From an uncultured Thermoplasmata archaeon (GTDB taxonomy: Archaea > Thermoplasmatota > Thermoplasmata > Lutacidiplasmatales > UBA184): a stretch of 64,000 nucleotides of DNA. A program made the translations under genes and the position numbers. Position 1 is the first letter of the stretch. The number at the start of each line of letters is the position of its first letter. Of the stretch, positions 19,928 to 29,170 are shown piece by piece. Location of the stretch: assembly GCA_963773945.1 (NCBI GenBank), contig CAVZDD010000005.1, forward strand, positions 768,503 through 832,502. The letters run 5' to 3'. The notes beneath the pieces are model-generated. The model was not told where the DNA came from and ran no database searches. It saw only the letters and a program-made list of their open reading frames with translations.

Positions 19928-21180
19928 ACGCGATCCGCTGGTCCCTCCGGTGGCGATCCCTCCGGCATCGGACGGCCCAGACCTTCCTCGCCGTGGCCGC
20001 GATCGGCGCTGCGGTGGCGCTCCCCGTGGTGCTGCTTTCTGTCGGCGGAGGCGTCTACACCCACGAACTCTCGTCGATCGAAGGGGCGGGCTTCTCGATC
20101 TCGGTAGATACGGCGGCGAATCACGGCATCGCCGATGCCCACGCGCTGACCAAACAGTTCGACGCGCTCAGCGGGGTCGCTGCAGCGTCGCCCCTCCTGA
20201 GCGTGCCCGTGGACCTCTTCCTGCCGGATGGGACGGCGGTCCCGGTGCTGGCCGAAGGCGTCATTCCTACCGAGTTCGCCGCCACCCAAAGCTCGGCGGA
20301 GCGTGCGCTGCTGCCCCCGTCGGTGACGCTCGGGGACCCCGATGATACGATTCACTACGCCAACGGAAACTATACCGGTCCGTCCAGCGACCAGCTCCTG
20401 CTCTCTACCCCTCTGCTACAGACGCTGAACGTCTCGATCGGTGCGAGCGTCGCGCTGTCCCCCACCTCGAACGCCAGTGCGGGAACCTCGTTTACCGTGG
20501 AGGGCGGCTTTGGGCTGCCGCCGGGACTACTGGGTCCGTCGCCGGTCTTCGTCGCCCTCCTGCCCCTTTCCCAGCTTCAATCGCTTGTCGGGTTCGCCCG
20601 CGGGTCTTCGGGGGCGATCCTGGACGACGCCGACAGCATTCAGGTGGCGATGGTCCCCGCCTTGGCGGCGAGCCCGACCGCAGTGCAACGCGTGGCGTCC
20701 GAGATCCAGGCGATGGTTCCGTACTATTCGGTGACCTCGCTCACTCAGCAGACCACCGAGATTCAAAACGCGCAGGCCGTGATCACAGGCTTCTACGTGG
20801 GCCTCTCGTCGGTGGGTCTCATCGTCGGCTTGCTGTTCCTCGTGATCATCCTACTGCGACGCGTCGAGCAGGAACGTCAGTCCATCGGCATTCGTCGGGC
20901 CATTGGGGTGCCGGCCTGGATGGTGGCCCGCGGCATCATCGCGGAAGCACTCGGCCTGACGCTCGGAGGGCTGGCGTCCGGCGTCACCGCGGGCATCGTG
21001 ACGGTTGAGTTGCTCGCCCATTACGGGTCGAGTACCGTGTCGGACATCGCCAGTCTGGCGGTCTTCAACCCGGTCGAATTGGTCGCCCTGTCGGCTGCCC
21101 TCGTGGGTCTCGCCCTCGTCGCGAGTGCGCTCCCGGTCCGCCGGGCCCTCGGACTGTCCCTCCCCGAGGTGCTGCGATGA
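19924..21180 (+). CDS. ABC transporter permease (FtsX/MacB-like)
   Basis: Same architecture; IGIRRAIG motif; ATGA overlap with the upstream permease. Confidence 0.88.
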   Translation: MNAIRWSLRWRSLRHRTAQTFLAVAAIGAAVALPVVLLSVGGGVYTHELSSIEGAGFSISVDTAANHGIADAHALTKQFDALSGVAAASPLLSVPVDLFLPDGTAVPVLAEGVIPTEFAATQSSAERALLPPSVTLGDPDDTIHYANGNYTGPSSDQLLLSTPLLQTLNVSIGASVALSPTSNASAGTSFTVEGGFGLPPGLLGPSPVFVALLPLSQLQSLVGFARGSSGAILDDADSIQVAMVPALAASPTAVQRVASEIQAMVPYYSVTSLTQQTTEIQNAQAVITGFYVGLSSVGLIVGLLFLVIILLRRVEQERQSIGIRRAIGVPAWMVARGIIAEALGLTLGGLASGVTAGIVTVELLAHYGSSTVSDIASLAVFNPVELVALSAALVGLALVASALPVRRALGLSLPEVLR

Positions 21181-21875
21181 GTGGCCCGGTGACGATCCGG
21201 CTGGACAAGGTCCGTCGAGTCTATCATGCCGGAGAGCCGGACGAGGTTCGCGCCCTGGATGGGGTGGACCTCGCCATCGCTCCGGGCGAGTACCTCTCTG
21301 TCGAGGGACCTTCCGGCTCTGGCAAGACCACGCTCCTGAACCTGTTGGGCCTGCTGGACGTTCCGACCGACGGGCACGTCCTCTGGCAAGGCACCCCGGT
21401 CGAGCGGTTCGCGGAACGCGAGCGGACGCGCCTGCGTCGGACTGGCATCGGCTTCATCTTTCAACGATTCTATCTTCTGCCCACCTTGACCGCCCTCGAG
21501 AACGTCGAACTGCCGCTCCAGGCCCAGGGAGTCCCCGGGTCGGAACGCCGACGCCGGGCGAGCGCCCTGCTGGCGCAGGTCGGCCTCGCGGACCGGGAGC
21601 GGTCGTTCCCCCACCAACTGTCCGGCGGCGAGGAGCAGCGCGTCGCAATCGCCCGGGCGTTGGCCAATTCCCCGCAGCTGCTGCTCGCGGACGAGCCGAC
21701 GGGCGAACTCGACTCGGTCCGGGCTCAGCAGGTTCTCGACCTCCTCGAGGTGGCCCACCAGAGCACCGGCGCCGCGGTCGTCGTCGTGACCCACAACCCA
21801 ACGGTCGCGGCCCGCGCCGCGCGGCACCTCACGATGCGCGATGGTCGAATCGTCGGCGATACCGCGGGACGGTAA
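21177..21875 (+). CDS. ABC transporter ATP-binding protein (LolD-like)
   Basis: [23 protein letters not shown] and LADEPTG motifs. Confidence 0.92.
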   Translation: MSGPVTIRLDKVRRVYHAGEPDEVRALDGVDLAIAPGEYLSVEGPSGSGKTTLLNLLGLLDVPTDGHVLWQGTPVERFAERERTRLRRTGIGFIFQRFYLLPTLTALENVELPLQAQGVPGSERRRRASALLAQVGLADRERSFPHQLSGGEEQRVAIARALANSPQLLLADEPTGELDSVRAQQVLDLLEVAHQSTGAAVVVVTHNPTVAARAARHLTMRDGRIVGDTAGR

Positions 21876-21879
21876 CCCG

Positions 21880-23658
21880 ATGGCCCGGATTGCCATTCTG
21901 CTCAACGACCGCTGCCACCCGAAGGAGTGCCAGTGGGAATGCCAAGCGTACTGCCCGCCGGTCCGGATGGGCCAGGAGTGCATTATCGAGGGACCCCTCG
22001 GCAAACCGATCATCTCCGAAACGCTGTGCATCGGCTGCGGGATCTGCGTCCACAAGTGTCCCTTCGACGCCATCAAGATCCTCAACACGCCCGAGGCCGA
22101 CGAGGCGGAGATCGTGCATCGCTACGGGTACAACGGCTTTCGACTGTACCGTCTCCCGTTGCCTGCGCCTCAGGGGATCGTGGGATTGCTGGGTCCCAAC
22201 GGTACGGGGAAGTCGACCGCGCTGCGGATCCTCGCCGGCGCGGAGGTTCCGAATCTCGGTGCCTATGACCGGCCGGGCTCCTGGGAAAACGTGGTCGAGC
22301 ATTTCCGGGGCACATCGCTGCAGAGTCACTTCCAGCGGATCGCCCGGGGGGAGCTACGGGCCGCGATCAAGCCGCAGTACGTCGACCAGCTCGCGGCAAC
22401 GGGGCAGATTGTCTCCGACTACGTGGGGGGGACCGGCGGCAATGCGTCCACCGCGCTCGCGTCCGTCGGGCTGGCCGGGAAGGAATCGAGACCCGTCAGC
22501 GAACTTTCCGGGGGCGAACTCCAGCTCGCGGCGATCGCTCGCACGCTCGCGACGGAGGCGGACCTGTACCTCTTCGACGAGCCGTCGAGCTACCTCGATA
22601 TCGTCCATCGACTCGAGATCGCCCGGGTTCTCCGCCGCCTGGGCCAGGTGAAAAGCGTGCTCGTGGTGGAACACGACCTCGCGCTGCTCGATTACCTGGC
22701 CGATAAGTCACACCTGCTCTATGGCGAGGAGGCGGCCTTTGGGGTTATCTCGCACCCGCTGCCCATGCGAACGGCGATCAACACGTATCTCACGGGCTAT
22801 CTGCGGGACGAGAACGTACGCTTCCGGACCGAGGCGATCCGCTTCACGGCCCACCCGCCCAAATCGGCCGCCTTCCGGAGTGCCAAGGTGGTCTTCGGGC
22901 CGATGGAGAAACAGTACCCCTCTTTCCGGCTCCGCGTCACCGGGGGCACGCTGCCGAAGGGGGAGACCATCGGGATCGTCGGCCCCAACGCGACGGGCAA
23001 AACCACATTCGTGAAGATGCTGGCCGGAGTCGAGCCGCCGACCTCCGGGACGCCTCCGAAGGGCGTGACGGTGAGCTACAAGCCCCAGTATCTCAAGGCG
23101 ACGCAGGCCGCCAGCCTGAGGGAGCGGCTCGTCGCCCTGGCCAGCGACCCCGAGTTCGACGTCGGCGCGCTCGAGAAGGAACTCATTCCCGCGCTCCGGC
23201 TGGACGGCGTGCTCGATGTGGCGCTTCCGGATCTTTCCGGCGGAGAGCTCCAGCGGGCTGCGGTCGCGCTCTCGCTGGCGCGCCGGGCCACGCTCTACCT
23301 GCTGGATGAGCCGTCGGCCTACCTCGACGCCGACGAACGAATGAACATGGCCCGATTGATCCGACGGCGGGTGGAACACGAGAGCGCCACGGCGCTCGTC
23401 GTCGACCACGATGTCTATTTCCTCGACCTGGCGTGCGATGGCCTCATGGTGTTCGTGCCCGACGGGCCCGACGGAAGCGCGGGACGTGGAGAGGGTCCCT
23501 TCGCGATGCGGGAGGGGATGAATCGCCTCCTCCGACAGGTCGAGGTCACGTTCCGGCGAGATCCCGAAACGCTCCGGCCGCGGATCAACCAGGAAGATTC
23601 CGTGCTCGACCGGGAACAGCGGGCCAAGGGGGAGTACTACTACGAAGCCGTCGCCTGA
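21880..23658 (+). CDS. rli: Ribosome recycling ATPase ABCE1/RLI
   Basis: N-terminal Fe-S cysteines (CHPKEC...CIGCGICVHKCPF), two ABC domains, C-terminal GEYYY. Confidence 0.95.
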   Translation: MARIAILLNDRCHPKECQWECQAYCPPVRMGQECIIEGPLGKPIISETLCIGCGICVHKCPFDAIKILNTPEADEAEIVHRYGYNGFRLYRLPLPAPQGIVGLLGPNGTGKSTALRILAGAEVPNLGAYDRPGSWENVVEHFRGTSLQSHFQRIARGELRAAIKPQYVDQLAATGQIVSDYVGGTGGNASTALASVGLAGKESRPVSELSGGELQLAAIARTLATEADLYLFDEPSSYLDIVHRLEIARVLRRLGQVKSVLVVEHDLALLDYLADKSHLLYGEEAAFGVISHPLPMRTAINTYLTGYLRDENVRFRTEAIRFTAHPPKSAAFRSAKVVFGPMEKQYPSFRLRVTGGTLPKGETIGIVGPNATGKTTFVKMLAGVEPPTSGTPPKGVTVSYKPQYLKATQAASLRERLVALASDPEFDVGALEKELIPALRLDGVLDVALPDLSGGELQRAAVALSLARRATLYLLDEPSAYLDADERMNMARLIRRRVEHESATALVVDHDVYFLDLACDGLMVFVPDGPDGSAGRGEGPFAMREGMNRLLRQVEVTFRRDPETLRPRINQEDSVLDREQRAKGEYYYEAVA

Positions 23659-23716
23659 ACCCACGGCGTCGGCGGCCGGCAAAGGTCCCCGCCCCAAGCG
23701 TCCTCCGTCGTACCGG

Positions 23717-24205
23717 ATGCCGGCCAAACTGTCCGCGGGCGTCATTGGGCTCTATCTGGTTCTCATGGGACTGCTCGCCTATCTGGGCTCGGAGCGACTC
23801 CTCAACGCCCTGGTGGCGGAGGCACTGGTGGCGGCGCTCGTCCTGTACCTGGGACGGTACCTCTCGACGCGGTACCGATTGACCCATTACAGCTTCATGG
23901 CGCTGCGTTTGTTCGGCAGCCGCCGTATCCCGCTGGAAGAGATCCGGCACGCCTCCCATGCGAGCCTTCGAGACCTCGCGCCGGTGAGTTTCATCGGCAG
24001 CTGGGGCTGGCGGGGCCGGATGTGGAGCCCCCGGATGGGCCATTTCGATACGGTCCACACGACCTCGGAGGGCTTGCTCATCTCCGGCGGCGAGGGAGTT
24101 CCGGTCTTCATCTCCCCGCAGGACCCGGACGCCTTCCTGGCCGAACTGTCGCGGCGAGTCCGCTCCTACAATCCCGACATCGATATCGAGACCACCGCCG
24201 GGTGA
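23717..24205 (+). CDS. Membrane protein with bacterial PH-like domain
   Basis: Two N-terminal TM segments, then RIPLEEI...VFISPQDPDAFL. Confidence 0.7.
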   Translation: MPAKLSAGVIGLYLVLMGLLAYLGSERLLNALVAEALVAALVLYLGRYLSTRYRLTHYSFMALRLFGSRRIPLEEIRHASHASLRDLAPVSFIGSWGWRGRMWSPRMGHFDTVHTTSEGLLISGGEGVPVFISPQDPDAFLAELSRRVRSYNPDIDIETTAG

Positions 24206-24215
24206 GTCGGTCGGA

Positions 24216-24506
24216 TTACTTCGTTTCGGGTTCGGAGCTGTTCTCCGACGGAGAGGCCGAGGCCGCCGGCGTCGCGCTCTTGGACTGCCACGCGGTCATC
24301 CCCGACGAATGCTTCCGGAGGTAGCGGGCGCCCAGCCAAACGCCAAACAACCCGAAGACCACAGCGAATACGAGGGCGAAGACGACGAGATAGATGATCC
24401 CGAGCAGGAGGCTGCTGAGGTCCCAGAATCCAAACTGCTGGCCCAAGAACACCAGGCACAGGCCCACGACGAGCCCGCTTCCCGCTCCACTACTGCCCGC
24501 GCCCAT
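24216..24506 (-). CDS. Small membrane protein
   Basis: Two hydrophobic segments; coupled to the upstream gene. Confidence 0.7.
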   Translation of the reverse strand: MGAGSSGAGSGLVVGLCLVFLGQQFGFWDLSSLLLGIIYLVVFALVFAVVFGLFGVWLGARYLRKHSSGMTAWQSKSATPAASASPSENSSEPETK

Positions 24507-24507
24507 C

Positions 24508-25170
24508 TTAGGTCTTCTCCGGCGGTGAGGAGGAGATGTCGGTCGGGGTCTCGGTCTCTTCCTCTTGACCGGTCTTCGTCGGCGGGACCTTCCGGGTCTT
24601 GTCCATCGCCCGGGGGCCGACGGTGGCGATCATGTAGAGCTCGGCGATCGTGAGGAGGATCAGGCCCACGGTGGCCGCCACGAGGTCGTACGGTTGGGCG
24701 ACCCGGACGTAGAAGTTCTCACTCCAAAGGGTGTTGCCGGCCGGATTCTCGAGGTAGGCGTGGACCTCGTAGACGCCCTGAAGGTACCACTTGAACTCGG
24801 TCAGGTCGTACGTCATACTGATCGTTCCGCCGGATGCCCCGAAGGGCGTGGACTCGACCTGTTGCTTCGTGTAGGCCGGGAACCCGAGGAATAAGATTAC
24901 CAGAAAGGCCTGGGAAACCCCTGTCCCGGTAGTGGGGCCCGTGAAGACGAACTGCACCGTCGCGATAGTAGAGAACGTCCAGCTGATCGCAGCAGCGTCG
25001 CTGACGGCGGTGTCGGTGTTGACTCCGTTCCACAGCACCATGCCCGTGACTCCGGTCTGGGCCGGAATAAGGGTCGAGCTTGCGCCACGGGCTTGGGACA
25101 GCACGCCCACCCCGTACGGAGCGAGAAAAACGACCGCCAACGCCACCGAGAGCAAGGGAAGGAGTCTCAC
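24508..25170 (-). CDS. Secreted/membrane-anchored hypothetical protein
   Basis: Signal-like N-terminus after GGAGAGG, beta-rich Thr/Ser domain, C-terminal TM. Start uncertain. Confidence 0.7.
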   Translation of the reverse strand: MRLLPLLSVALAVVFLAPYGVGVLSQARGASSTLIPAQTGVTGMVLWNGVNTDTAVSDAAAISWTFSTIATVQFVFTGPTTGTGVSQAFLVILFLGFPAYTKQQVESTPFGASGGTISMTYDLTEFKWYLQGVYEVHAYLENPAGNTLWSENFYVRVAQPYDLVAATVGLILLTIAELYMIATVGPRAMDKTRKVPPTKTGQEEETETPTDISSSPPEKT

Positions 25171-25270
25171 TCCTCTCCGGGCCGAAACTCGAAAAGACTG
25201 CCGCACGGCGCGAGCAGTCTCCTCGGGGCTAAGAATGTATGGGTTCCACCTTCGGCGAAGCTTCCGACCG

Positions 25271-26770
25271 TCAGTACCGAGGCATCGTAGGGTCAATTTT
25301 CTCGGCCCAAGCCTCGATCCCGCCCTTCAGACTCGATACGTGCGTGAACCCCAGCTCGAGGAGCATCTGAGTGCCCTGGGCCGACCGGCGCCCGGAGTGG
25401 CAGTAGAGAACCACCTCCCTGGCATGCGCGAGTTCGGTGACGCGTTGCGGCAGCTCTCCGAGCGGGATCAGCGTCGCGCCCGATAGGTGGGCGATCTCCC
25501 ATTCTGACGGGTTACGTACGTCGATCACGAGCGGCGGGTCCTCCCCCGAGAGCCGGGCCGAGAGAGCTTCCGGCGTGATCTCGGGGATCTCGTCGGTCGC
25601 TGCGAGGTCTCCGGCCGCTGTGACGCCGCAGAAGGCCGGATAATCGATGAGGCCGGTCTGCGTCGGATGCGTACCGCAGATGACGCAGTCCGGATTCTTC
25701 CGGAGGCGAAGCTCGCGGAACCGCAGGGTGAGGGCATCGAACAGCAGCAGCCGGCCGATGAGGGGCTCCCCCACGCCGAGGAGGAGTTTCACCGTCTCGG
25801 TGGCCTGGATCGTCCCGATGAGCCCCGGTAGCACGCCGAAGACCCCGCCCTCGGCGCAGGACGGGACGAGACCCGGAGGTGGAGGTTCGGGGTACAGGCA
25901 CCGATAGCACGGGCCCCGGCGCGAGTCGAAGACGCTCGCCTGCCCCTCGAAGCGGTATATCGAACCGTAGACATTGGGTTTTCCGAGAAGAACCGAGGCA
26001 TCGTTCACGAGGTATCGCGTGGGAAAGTTGTCTGTTCCGTCGAGGATCACGTCGTACGGCCGTAGCGTTTCCATCGCGTTCTCGCTCGTGAGATGTTGCT
26101 CGTAGGTCCGGACGGTCACATCCGGATTCAGGTCCGTGAGCCGGTCCCGCGCCGCCTCGAGCTTGGGCCGTCCCACGTCCCGGGTTCCGTACATCACCTG
26201 GCGTTGCAGGTTCGAGGCCTCGACCCGGTCGAAATCGACGAGACCAATCTCGCCGACGCCGGCCGCCGCCAGATAGAGGGCGGCGGGGGAAGCGAGTCCA
26301 CCGGCGCCGACCAGCAGAACCTTCGACGCGCGGAGCCTGCGCTGACCCTTCACGCCGACTTCTGGCAGGAGGAGGTGCCGACTGTACCGTCGCATCTGAT
26401 CCCGGGTGAGCGGGGGACCTAGCCCCTCTGCGTCCGAGTTCAAACTGACGAGAGGAGCGGGACGGCCCGCGGAGCGAACCGACTCCGCAGGGGAACCGCC
26501 GGCGATCGCGGGGACGATGCTAAGGACGTCTCCCGGGTGAACGGGAGTTGCTTCCTGCTGGAGATACCGTACATCCTCGTCGTTCAGGTAGACGGTGACG
26601 AAGTTCCGGAGCTGGCCGGCGGTACCATAGAGATGCTTCTCGAGCCCGTGATGCTCCCGTACGAGTCCCCGGAGGACTTCGCCGACCGTGGACCCTTCCG
26701 CTTCGGAGACGGAGGCGCCGCCGGTGAAACTGCGAAGGGGAGTCGGGACTTTGACCTGCACTTTCGACAT
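25271..26770 (-). CDS. moeZ: Fused ubiquitin-like sulfur carrier (MoaD/ThiS/CysO) + MoeB/E1 + rhodanese
   Basis: N-terminal beta-grasp ending IVPAIAGG; RYSRHLLL, GAGGL, SNLQRQ, CYRC and PSCAEGG; rhodanese YCHSGRRS. Confidence 0.88.
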   Translation of the reverse strand: MSKVQVKVPTPLRSFTGGASVSEAEGSTVGEVLRGLVREHHGLEKHLYGTAGQLRNFVTVYLNDEDVRYLQQEATPVHPGDVLSIVPAIAGGSPAESVRSAGRPAPLVSLNSDAEGLGPPLTRDQMRRYSRHLLLPEVGVKGQRRLRASKVLLVGAGGLASPAALYLAAAGVGEIGLVDFDRVEASNLQRQVMYGTRDVGRPKLEAARDRLTDLNPDVTVRTYEQHLTSENAMETLRPYDVILDGTDNFPTRYLVNDASVLLGKPNVYGSIYRFEGQASVFDSRRGPCYRCLYPEPPPPGLVPSCAEGGVFGVLPGLIGTIQATETVKLLLGVGEPLIGRLLLFDALTLRFRELRLRKNPDCVICGTHPTQTGLIDYPAFCGVTAAGDLAATDEIPEITPEALSARLSGEDPPLVIDVRNPSEWEIAHLSGATLIPLGELPQRVTELAHAREVVLYCHSGRRSAQGTQMLLELGFTHVSSLKGGIEAWAEKIDPTMPRY

Positions 26771-26824
26771 GGGAGGAAGTGTCCCCGTGGGCCGGCTGAT
26801 ATTACTCCCTCCCTTACCCATTCT

Positions 26825-27280
26825 TCACCTCGACGCGGTTTCTAAGCGCTCCGCGGTCCACGACACGGGGGAGAATCGGCGCAGGTCGGGGTCGAGCTCG
26901 AAGGCCCCGATGTCGCCGGCCCGTCCGTGATCGACCGCAAGCACGAGGTAGGTGTACCAAGGCCAAGCATGCTCTTGGTCGAAGAGCGACGGAACGGCCG
27001 GGTGGTCCGGATGCGAGTGGTAGAATCCGACGACCGCTTCTCCCGTTCCTTCGAGGGAACTCTCGAATTGGCGGAGCGTTTCGGGTGGTATCACGAATCG
27101 GCGGCCCCGAGGGCCTTCCACTTCGTTCTCCATCGGCGTCACTCGAACGAGTCGCCGAATAGGGTGAGTCTCGCCCGCCGGCTCCCGCGCCACGAGGAAG
27201 CCGCAGCACTCCTCCGGGTAGGTGGCCTCCGCGTGACGGCGGATTGTTTCTACGAGTTCGGGGGAAAGGGAGACGTTCAC
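26825..27280 (-). CDS. JAMM/M67 metallopeptidase (Mec-like)
   Basis: YPEECCG and YHSHPDHPAVPSLFD JAMM motif. Confidence 0.9.
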   Translation of the reverse strand: MNVSLSPELVETIRRHAEATYPEECCGFLVAREPAGETHPIRRLVRVTPMENEVEGPRGRRFVIPPETLRQFESSLEGTGEAVVGFYHSHPDHPAVPSLFDQEHAWPWYTYLVLAVDHGRAGDIGAFELDPDLRRFSPVSWTAERLETASR

Positions 27281-28257
27281 GGAGCTTCCTCCCAATGCCG
27301 CTCGGAAAGGTAGCGGTCTCCCCCATCGGGGAGGATCGTCACCATGACGGCCGGAACGCTGAGCGTTGCGGCGATGGAGAGCATCGCCGCGACGACCGCG
27401 CCGGACGAGGTGCCCACGAAGAGCCCCTCTTCACGGGCGAGTCGACGGGTCATCAACTGGGAATCTTCCGTGGACACCCGAACTGTTTCGTCAATCCACC
27501 GTTCATCGTAAGTCCCCGGCCGCAGGGCGGTGGGGAGGTGTTTCAATCCCTCGATACCGTGCATGGGTCCTTCCGGCTCCACCCCGATGACCCGAACGTT
27601 GGGGAATACCTGCTTTAGGAAACGGCCGGCGCCCGAGATGGTCCCGCCTGTCCCCACCCCCGCTACGAAGTGGGTCACGCGTCCCGACGTTTGCGTCCAG
27701 ATCTCGGGCCCGGTGCCGGTGAAGTGCGCTTCGGGATTGGCCGGATGATTGTACTGGTCGGGGTAGTAGTATCGCCCCGGCTCGGCGGTGGCGCGTCGTC
27801 GGGCTTCGCGTTGGGCCCCATCGGTTCCTTCCGCAGGATCGGTGAAGAGAATCTCGGCGCCATAGGTCCGGAGTCGCTGCACCCGCTCGGGACTCGCGTT
27901 GCGGGGAAGGCAGACCGCGACCGGGAAGCGGAGGCGCGCCCCTAACATCGCATAGGCGATGCCAGTGTTGCCGCTCGTCGCGTCGATGAGAGTCCTGCCG
28001 CCTCCCAGCGCGCCGGACGCAAGGGCGCTGCGGACAATCCCGAACGCGGCCCGGTCCTTGACTGAACCCGTGGGATTGAGGAATTCGGCCTTCCCCCAGA
28101 GCTCGTGCGTGGGCGGAAGGTCGTGACCGATCCGCTCCAGTCGGAGGAGAGGTGTGTTCCCCACGGTGCCAATCGAAAGGTCCGGTCCGGTCGGTGCGGG
28201 TCCCAACGCGGCGTTGGCCGCCGTGGAGTCTACCGAAGCTGGATGAGATGCGTGCAC
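27277..28257 (-). CDS. cysM: PLP-dependent cysteine synthase (CysM-type)
   Basis: GNTPL, NPTGSVKDR, TSGNTG and GVGTGGT motifs. Confidence 0.9.
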   Translation of the reverse strand: MHASHPASVDSTAANAALGPAPTGPDLSIGTVGNTPLLRLERIGHDLPPTHELWGKAEFLNPTGSVKDRAAFGIVRSALASGALGGGRTLIDATSGNTGIAYAMLGARLRFPVAVCLPRNASPERVQRLRTYGAEILFTDPAEGTDGAQREARRRATAEPGRYYYPDQYNHPANPEAHFTGTGPEIWTQTSGRVTHFVAGVGTGGTISGAGRFLKQVFPNVRVIGVEPEGPMHGIEGLKHLPTALRPGTYDERWIDETVRVSTEDSQLMTRRLAREEGLFVGTSSGAVVAAMLSIAATLSVPAVMVTILPDGGDRYLSERHWEEAP

Positions 28258-28260
28258 GTC
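28230..28260. repeat. Left attachment site: core TGCGTGCACGTC (28249-28260) plus the displaced original 3' end of the regulator
   Basis: Minus strand reads ACG TGC ACG CAT CTC ATC CAG CTT CGG TAG = TCTHLIQLR*. 23/31 nt identical to 34539-34569. Confidence 0.88.
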
Positions 28261-28407
28261 CGTCCCACCTCAGGGACGGCGCCGCTCCAATAAGCCCTGC
28301 TGGTGTCCGGTTCAGCGAGTCCGATATCGACGCCCTCGTCGCCTGGGTCGCCCGCAACCCGCCCGCTCGAACAGCCCTAAGGAATCCGACTAAGCCAACC
28401 CGTTCTC

Positions 28408-28435
28408 AGGCGGGGGGCAACCCCCGCCTATTTTT
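28408..28435 (+). terminator. Hairpin with GCAA tetraloop followed by a T-tract
   Basis: AGGCGGGGG-GCAA-CCCCCGCCT then ATTTTT. Confidence 0.55.
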
Positions 28436-28483
28436 CCTGACACCGCGGATCTGCTGCGGTCAGATCCACGAAGCCGGGGGGCC

Positions 28484-28846
28484 GTGCCCTTGACGCGACG
28501 GACAATCCTGGCGTGTCCGGTCTGTGGACTCGAGATCAGCGGCTACAAAGGCGCGCTGGTGGACCACCTTCGCGACGTTGACGGACGCGAGGACGCCGAA
28601 ATTCTTGCGGTCTTCGTCGTCCGAACCCGGCGCACGACCCTCTCCCTCTCACCCCCGGACCCGCCGAAAACCGACGGTGGACCAATCACCATCGGGCCGG
28701 ACATGCCGGCGCGCGACGCCGGTCGGATCTACCGGGCGCAGTCCCGGGTGAGCGCGAAACCAAAGGCCGTAGGAGGCGGCCGTCGGAGGAAGTCGACCTT
28801 CGAGAGCTCGTCGCCCGGATCCCGTGGCGAGCTCGAGGTCGCATAG
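28484..28846 (+). CDS. Element protein with C2H2-like Zn finger
   Basis: CPVCG...LVDHLRDVDG; basic C-terminus. Confidence 0.6.
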   Translation: MPLTRRTILACPVCGLEISGYKGALVDHLRDVDGREDAEILAVFVVRTRRTTLSLSPPDPPKTDGGPITIGPDMPARDAGRIYRAQSRVSAKPKAVGGGRRRKSTFESSSPGSRGELEVA

Positions 28847-28850
28847 AGAC

Positions 28851-29082
28851 GGGCCGTCCTCAGCGCCACTTCCCTCCGAAGCAGGAGGAAGGGTGCCAGC
28901 TCATCCGGCAGGTCGTGACGATCGAGACCTGGACTGATAATCAGCATGGAACCTGGACTCTTGAACCTTCGGCACGACGGCGCGGGCCACGCACGTGAGT
29001 GTGTGTACAATCCCTGGGGCTTGGCAACCCCAGGAGCCGCCGTGTTCGCAAACCGCGGGGCAGCGGGCTTAGAGGACGGTCC
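28851..29082 (+). ncRNA. Candidate structured non-coding RNA (~230 nt), family unassigned
   Basis: 11-bp closing stem 28851-61/29072-82 and nested hairpins containing G-U pairs and a GUGA tetraloop. Confidence 0.55.
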
Positions 29083-29170
29083 ATCGATTTTCCTCTGTTT
29101 CTCTCTCGATTTTCCTCTACATGGAGGAGCAACCGACGGTCCGCGATATTCACACACACCAGGAGAAACG

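Noticed and set aside
28442..28467. H-type pseudoknot ACCGC/GCGGT with GGATCTG/CAGATCC
   Set aside because: Zero-length connecting loops make it sterically implausible as drawn.
28851..29082. Assignment as RNase P, raiA-motif or hammerhead RNA
   Set aside because: Only short words (GAGGAAG, GGCUUA, CUGAUA) resemble them. The conserved cores could not be built by eye, so a covariance-model search is needed.
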